A DNA stretch of 53,555 nt from a plasmid. The notes under the pieces are model-generated. The model did no database searches. It worked only from the letters and a program-made list of their open reading frames with translations, and was not told where the DNA came from. The position numbers and the translations under genes were made by a program. Of the stretch, positions 48,567 through 53,555 are shown one piece after another; position 1 is the first letter of the stretch; the number at the start of each line of letters is the position of its first letter. The stretch is from sequence record CP132320.1; one strand, written 5' to 3'.

Positions 48567-48897
48567 TAAGCGGCAAGCGGCAAGCTGACACCGTTCAGTG
48601 CGCGTGATTCCATGGCATGAGTGCCTCAAGATCGCTGCGCGGCCAGCCGTTGGCGATGCGGTCGAGGGTCTGGGTAAGCCAGGCCCGCGGATCGACGTTG
48701 TTCATCTTCGCTGCCTGAAGGAGCGTTGCGATCGTCGCCCAAGCCCTTCCACCTCGGTCGCTGCCGGCGAAGAGACTGTTCTTTCTCGTGATCGTCTGGG
48801 GCGTGATTGCACGCTCAACGATGTCGCTGTCGAGCTCAATGCGGCCGTCGGTGAGGAAACGCTCGAAGATGGCGCGACGCGAGGTGGCATAGCGGAT
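48567..48897 (-). mobile_element. fragment of a second, distinct IS66-family element (terminal repeat plus 3' ~100 codons of tnpC)
   Basis: It starts GTAAGCGGCAAGCGG, an IS66-type terminal repeat. The minus-strand translation ...RIELDSDIVERAIRPQTITRKNSLFAGSDRGGRAWATIATLLQAAKMNNVDPRAWLTQTLDRIANGWPRSDLEALMPWNHAH is an IS66 TnpC C-terminus differing from copies A to C. It is truncated at 48897/48898 by an IS3-family end. Confidence 0.6.
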
Positions 48898-49731
48898 TGA
48901 CCTTGCCCCCGAGTTTTATCCAGTTTTGAGTTCGCTCCGGCGGTTTTTTGAGGTGCCCCCCGTTTTTGGGTCAGCAAGAGCTGGAATTTTCCGGGGTTAA
49001 GGCTCACGTCGGCGGGGGTGCCGATGAGCCGTTCATGAGCGAAATCGGCACCTTGTTGCCGATCGCGCTATGTGGCCGGAACTCGCTATATTCTCTACGC
49101 CAATCCTCCATTTTTACCCGCGCGTCGTCAAGGCTCATGAACCAGTGGGCATTCAGACATTCGGTCCGGAATTTCCCATTGAGACTCTCGATGTAGCTGT
49201 TGTCCGTCGGCTTGCCAGGCCGGGAGAAGTCGAGCACGACGCCCTTGTGACAGGCCCACAGGTCGAGATTACGAGAGATAACTCGCTGCCATTATCCACC
49301 CGATTAGTGGCCGGGTTACCGACTTGGCGACACACCCGCTCAAGCGTCTGGACCACATCCTCGCCCTTGTAACTGAAGCGCGCATCCACCGTCGGCGAGA
49401 AGCGGGAAAAGGTATCGACGACCGTCAGGACCCTGATCTTGCGGCCCGTAGCTAGTTGGTCATGAACAAAGTCCATCGCCCAGACGTGGTTGGAATGCGT
49501 TGGCTCCGTTCGGTCAGCACGCAGCTTTGCCTTGACCCGGCGCTTGGGAACCTTGTTGCGGAGCTGAAGGCCCATCTCCTTGTGAAGGCGATAGATTCGC
49601 TTCGGATTAACGGCCCAGCCGTCACGCTTGAGCAGAACATGGACACGACGGTATCCATAGCGCACACGTGTCTGGCAGATGTCCTTGATCTTCAGCTTAA
49701 GTTCGGCCTGCTCGCCACGCCGGGACTTGTA
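48898..49731 (-). mobile_element. IS3-family (IS407-group) remnant: terminal repeat plus frameshifted orfB, truncated by a Tn3-family insertion
   Basis: The terminal repeat TGACCTTGCCCCCGAGTTTTATCC at 48898 matches IS407-group ends (TGACCTGCCCCC). OrfB DDE region HSNHVWAMDFVHDQLATGRKIRVLTVVDTFSRFSP is in ORF 49153..49791. The C-terminal piece LDFSRPGKPTDNSYIESLNGKFRTECLN is in ORF 49004..49237, so there is a frameshift. orfA is absent. Confidence 0.65.
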
Positions 49732-49787
49732 GGCGTCACGACACGGAAGTGGTGAATCTGTCCGACTTTTGAGAACGTATCCAGAAC

Positions 49788-50408
49788 TCAAGTTGGTTTA
49801 ACCGCAGATGTCGTTGCTTTTTCAGCCCTGAGAGCTTCGTAAAGGGCGGTTTTGCCTATTTTGACGCGGGCCGCGGCCTCCCGGACGTTCAAACCGGCCG
49901 CCAGATGCTGGCGGGCTTTGGCTAGTTTCTCCGGGGTTACGACGACTTGTCGGCCACCGCGTCGGCCGCGTTCTTCTGCGGCTTGTAGACCGGCACGTGT
50001 TCGTTCCCTGATCAGATCGCGCTCGAACTGTGCCAGCGCGCCGAACAGGTGGAATACCAGTCGACCGCCCGATGTCGTCGTGTCGATGTTTTCGGTGATG
50101 GATCGGAAGCCGACGCCTTTGGCCTCCAGTTCGGTGATGATCTCAATGAGGTGCTTCATCGACCTACCGAGGCGGTCGAGCTTCCAGACTGTGAGCGTGT
50201 CGCCGTCGCGAACGTAGCGGATCGCCTCCGCCAGTCCGGGCCGGTCAGTCTTCACGCCGGATGCCTTATCCTCGAACAGTCTTTCACAGCCCGCGTTGCG
50301 CAAAGCGTCGAGTTGCAGGGCGGTGTCCTGGTCGCCGGTGGAGACCCTTGCATAGCCGATAGAGGTCATGAGACGTGGTTTGTCCGTTTTCTCGTTGAAC
50401 TCGGACAA
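49788..50408 (-). CDS. tnpR: Tn3-family resolvase TnpR
   Basis: SIGYARVSTGDQD catalytic-serine motif. C-terminal HTH (NVREAARVKIGKTALYEAL). 206 aa, with a possible start at M14 (50369). Confidence 0.88.
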   Translation of the reverse strand: MSEFNEKTDKPRLMTSIGYARVSTGDQDTALQLDALRNAGCERLFEDKASGVKTDRPGLAEAIRYVRDGDTLTVWKLDRLGRSMKHLIEIITELEAKGVGFRSITENIDTTTSGGRLVFHLFGALAQFERDLIRERTRAGLQAAEERGRRGGRQVVVTPEKLAKARQHLAAGLNVREAAARVKIGKTALYEALRAEKATTSAVKPT

Positions 50409-50534
50409 TGTCCGATTTGCCGTTCAAGCACAAGGTTTGCGGACAAAAACTGTGGATGCCGCGAAACGGTCGTTTGTCGGACATGTGTTTTCCAGTTCGC
50501 TGCGGTTTCCGCAACGAAACTGGAAGCCGAGACA

Positions 50535-53501
50535 ATGGCCAGAAGAGCATTGCTGAGCGAGATATGGTGGCAACAGGCGACAACCATCCCGCAGGACGAA
50601 AGAGAGATCGCCAAACATTACACGCTGGACCGGCCGGATCTCGACCTGATCATGCGGCAGAACAAGGCCTCGAACAGGTTGGGCCTTGCCTGTGTCATAG
50701 CCTTGCTGCGATATCCCGGCCGGCCGCTTGCGGATGGCGAGGTCTTGCCGTTTGGCGTTTTGCGGTTTCTGGCAGGGCAGATTGGCGTCGATCACCGCGA
50801 GATCGATCCTTATTTCGAGCGCCCGCAGACCCGGCGTGAGCATCTCGCCCTGCTTTTCGACAGGATGAAGATGCGTCCTTTTGTGCCCGCGGACGTGAAA
50901 GCGCTTACCGGCTGGCTGACGCCTGCCGCGCAAACGCTGCGCCAGGCCGATGCTCTAGCGGATATGGTGGTGGAGGAATTGCGGCGCCGGCGAATTCTTC
51001 TTCCGGCGCGCGCGGCGCTCGAAGCCATCCTTCATTTGGCAATCCGGCGCGGGATTCGCATAGCCCATCGGGCGCTGGCGAGCGGCTTGTCGGAGGCTCA
51101 CAAGCTCGATTTGGACAAACTTCTCGACGCGCGTGACGGGACAAGCGTCACCGTCCTCGCTTGGGCCAGGACACCGGCATTGTCGCCAGCCGCCGTCAAC
51201 CTCGACAGGATAGCCGAGCGCATTCGCTTTCTTCGGTCCCTGAACCTACCGGCGACGTTGATGGAGCGCATTCCGGCCAAGGTCTTTGATGAATTGGCCG
51301 CAGAGGGGATGCGAATGAGCGCGCAGCATCTACGCGATCTCAACCCCGAACGCCGGCATGCCGTGTTGGCCGCGACGGTACTGCACCTTTCCCGCCATCT
51401 GACCGACGGCGCCATCGACATGTTTAAGAAACTCATGGGCGTCCTGACGCGACGGGCCGACAATCAGGCAACCGCCCGCATCACTCGTTCCGTGCGGGAG
51501 GTTCAGAAACAGCTGAGGGACGTTTCGAGAGTTTGCCACGCGATCATTGACGCCAAGGAGAAAGGCCAGGATGTTGCCAAGGCGCTCGAACAGGCCGTTC
51601 AATGGCCGGTCTTCGCGACCAGTGTCCAGGCGGTCGATACGCTGATCGAGCCGGATGTCATCGACGGTAAAATCGAAATGCTCCAGCGCTATCCGACGAT
51701 CCGGAAACTGGCGCCGCAATTCCTGTCGACCCTCGTGTTCCGCGGTCACGCCGTGGCGGCGAATCTCTTGCGCGCGCTCTCCGTGATTGCCGATCTCTAC
51801 CGCACAGGGAAACGGGCAATACCGGACAACGCTCCCACATCCTTCGCACCGAAAGGCTGGATGCCGCTCCTCCTTCAGGATGGCAAGATTGATCGCCGGG
51901 CTTACGAACTCTGCCTGTTTAGCGAGTTGAAGCGCCGGCTTGATGCGGGCGATGTCTGGGTGGAGGGGGCGAAGCGCTTCCAGTCATTCGAAAGCTTTCT
52001 CATTCCCACGCCGACATTTGAGCTGATGCGCGAGGAAGGTCCACTTCCGGTCGCCGTCGATACCGACGTGGAAACCTATCTCAGCCAGCAGCGCAAGATT
52101 CTGAATGAGGGATTGGCTGACCTCTCCCGTCTTGCAGCCGTCGGCGAACTCGATGATGTCGAACTGACCGAGGCTGGATTCAGCGTCACGCCGCACAAGG
52201 CGATGTTTCCAGACATCGCCAAGTCGCTGAAGCGACAAGTGGAAAGCCGTTTGCCCGCAATCCGCATCACCGATCTTTTGCTCGAGGTGGATGCTCGCAC
52301 GGGATTTTCCAACGCTTTCACACATCTACGCACCGGTCGGTGGGCCGACGACAAGCTCGCTTTGCTCACCGCAATCCTGGCGGACGGTATCAATCTTGGC
52401 CTGACGAGAATGGCCGATGTTTCACCCGGGTTGACGATGCGTCAGCTCGCCTGGGCGCATGACTGGCACATTCGCGAGGAAGGCTACAACGCCGCTCACG
52501 CCATCCTCGTCAACGCCCAGAAGCAATTGCCTCTCACGAAGCTGTGGGGCGATGGAACAACATCATCCTCAGACGGACAATATTTTCCGGCGGGAGGCCA
52601 TGCCGAGGCGATTGGCGATCTCAACGCGCGGTACGGCCCCAACCCCGGCGCCAAATTTTACCGCTTTACGTCTGACCAGTACGGCGCTTTCCACATCATC
52701 GCCATGAACGCCAATGCGAGCGAGGCCATCTATGTTCTCGACGGACTGCTCTATCACGGCAGCGATCTCGCCATCGAAACGCACTATGTCGATACCGGCG
52801 GGGTCAGCGACATAAGTTTTGCGCTTTGCCACCTTGTTGGTTTCCAGCTTGTACCTCGGCTGCGCGGCCTCAAGGATCGCAAGCTTTATCTCTTCCCGGG
52901 CGATACGCCGCCCGAAAATCTTGCATCGCTCGTTGGCGAGCCCATCAACATCGAGCGGATCAAGGCAAATTGGAACGATATCCTCCGCCTCGTCACGACG
53001 ATCCGTTCCGGCCAGGTCCGGCCTTCGACCTTGCTGGCGAAGCTGTCCGCCTTTCCGCGTCAAAACGGACTGGCGCTCGCACTTCGCGATATCGGACGCA
53101 TCAACAGATCCATCTTCCTGCCGCAATGGTGGCAGAACCCAGAAATGCGCCGGAACGCTACCGCCGGCCTCAACAAGAGCGAAGCGCAGAACACCCTGGC
53201 CCGCGCGCTGTTCTTCAATCGCCTGGGAGAACTGCGGGACAGGACCTTCGAGAGCCAGTTCTACCGGGCGTCCGGACTGAACCTACTCATCAATGCCATC
53301 GTCTACTGGAATACGCTCTATCTCGAACCGACTTTCGCCCAGCTCAATCGTGAAGGCATCGCCACGCCTCCTGATGTGATCAAACATATCACCCCGCTCG
53401 GTTGGCAGCATATCAGTCTGACCGGAGATTACATCTGGACCCCGACGGACAGCCCCGATCTCAGGCCGCTGCGGCGGGAAACCTCCTTCCTCGCTGCGTG
53501 A
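50535..53501 (+). CDS. tnpA: Tn3-family transposase TnpA
   Basis: 988 aa from the ATG at 50535 (MARRALLSEIWWQQ...). DDE_Tnp_Tn3 C-terminal domain. The ORF tool's upstream extension to 50049 is antisense to tnpR and was rejected. Confidence 0.9.
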   Translation: MARRALLSEIWWQQATTIPQDEREIAKHYTLDRPDLDLIMRQNKASNRLGLACVIALLRYPGRPLADGEVLPFGVLRFLAGQIGVDHREIDPYFERPQTRREHLALLFDRMKMRPFVPADVKALTGWLTPAAQTLRQADALADMVVEELRRRRILLPARAALEAILHLAIRRGIRIAHRALASGLSEAHKLDLDKLLDARDGTSVTVLAWARTPALSPAAVNLDRIAERIRFLRSLNLPATLMERIPAKVFDELAAEGMRMSAQHLRDLNPERRHAVLAATVLHLSRHLTDGAIDMFKKLMGVLTRRADNQATARITRSVREVQKQLRDVSRVCHAIIDAKEKGQDVAKALEQAVQWPVFATSVQAVDTLIEPDVIDGKIEMLQRYPTIRKLAPQFLSTLVFRGHAVAANLLRALSVIADLYRTGKRAIPDNAPTSFAPKGWMPLLLQDGKIDRRAYELCLFSELKRRLDAGDVWVEGAKRFQSFESFLIPTPTFELMREEGPLPVAVDTDVETYLSQQRKILNEGLADLSRLAAVGELDDVELTEAGFSVTPHKAMFPDIAKSLKRQVESRLPAIRITDLLLEVDARTGFSNAFTHLRTGRWADDKLALLTAILADGINLGLTRMADVSPGLTMRQLAWAHDWHIREEGYNAAHAILVNAQKQLPLTKLWGDGTTSSSDGQYFPAGGHAEAIGDLNARYGPNPGAKFYRFTSDQYGAFHIIAMNANASEAIYVLDGLLYHGSDLAIETHYVDTGGVSDISFALCHLVGFQLVPRLRGLKDRKLYLFPGDTPPENLASLVGEPINIERIKANWNDILRLVTTIRSGQVRPSTLLAKLSAFPRQNGLALALRDIGRINRSIFLPQWWQNPEMRRNATAGLNKSEAQNTLARALFFNRLGELRDRTFESQFYRASGLNLLINAIVYWNTLYLEPTFAQLNREGIATPPDVIKHITPLGWQHISLTGDYIWTPTDSPDLRPLRRETSFLAA

Positions 53502-53555
53502 TCACCATATGTTCTCAAATGTCGGACAGATTCACCACTTTCGTGTCGTGACGCC

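Larger units (their letters stand above)
49732..53555 (+). mobile_element. Tn3-family transposon (left terminal repeat, tnpR, res, tnpA, right terminal repeat), minimal with no passenger genes; right end runs off the window
   Basis: Left terminal repeat GGCGTCACGACACGGAAGTGGTGAATCTGTCCGACTTTTGAGAAC (49732-49776). Its near-identical inverted copy lies at 53511-53555 (the window end), with 2 mismatches in 45 bp. Divergent tnpR and tnpA with a ~125-bp res region. Confidence 0.8.

Noticed and set aside
50049-50534. 5' extension of the Tn3 tnpA ORF reported by the ORF tool
   Set aside because: The extension is antisense to tnpR and covers the res region. The family-typical start (MARRALLSEIWW) is the ATG at 50535, which gives a ~988-aa TnpA.
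1-53555. CRISPR arrays, tRNA and rRNA genes
   Set aside because: No regularly spaced direct repeats, and no cloverleaf-like or rRNA-like segments recognised by eye. The long perfect repeats present are the IS66 copies.

Overview
This window reads as a Rhizobiales-type plasmid or accessory region with a mosaic structure.

- **Conjugative transfer module:** a Ti/RSF1010-like DNA-transfer backbone with the traA relaxase-helicase, an oriT, traC/traD and the traG coupling protein.
- **Toxin-antitoxin pair:** a HigB/HigA-like type II module.
- **Partition and replication block:** a small ParA plus a ribbon-helix-helix partner with TAGCAG centromere-like repeats, then a winged-helix Rep-like gene and a ribbon-helix-helix regulator.
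- **ParB-like operon:** three genes headed by a ~680-aa ParB-like protein.
- **Lower-GC islet:** serine recombinases, an Lrp/AsnC regulator, an IS5/IS427-group IS, a degenerate IS630-family element and orphan hypothetical membrane or exported proteins.
- **Integrase:** a degenerate tyrosine-integrase-like gene.
- **Polysaccharide cluster:** a ~25-kb O-antigen-type, ABC-transporter-dependent cluster.
  - PglC-like initiating transferase, WbpM/PglF-like dehydratase and an epimerase/reductase.
  - rmlCBDA.
  - Three glycosyltransferases, one RgpF-like.
  - wzm, and a wzt carrying a C-terminal binding domain.
  - Two SAM-methyltransferases.
- **IS66 nest inside the cluster:** three identical IS66-family copies, one inserted inside another. 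All three have 8-bp target duplications and all sit in an IS6-family remnant.
- **IS6-type inverted repeat:** a ~50-bp repeat brackets the low-GC distal half of the cluster.
- **3' end:** an IS graveyard (IS66-family fragment, then an IS407-group IS3 remnant) closed by a minimal Tn3-family transposon (tnpR-res-tnpA) that runs off the window.

No rRNA, tRNA or CRISPR arrays were recognised.
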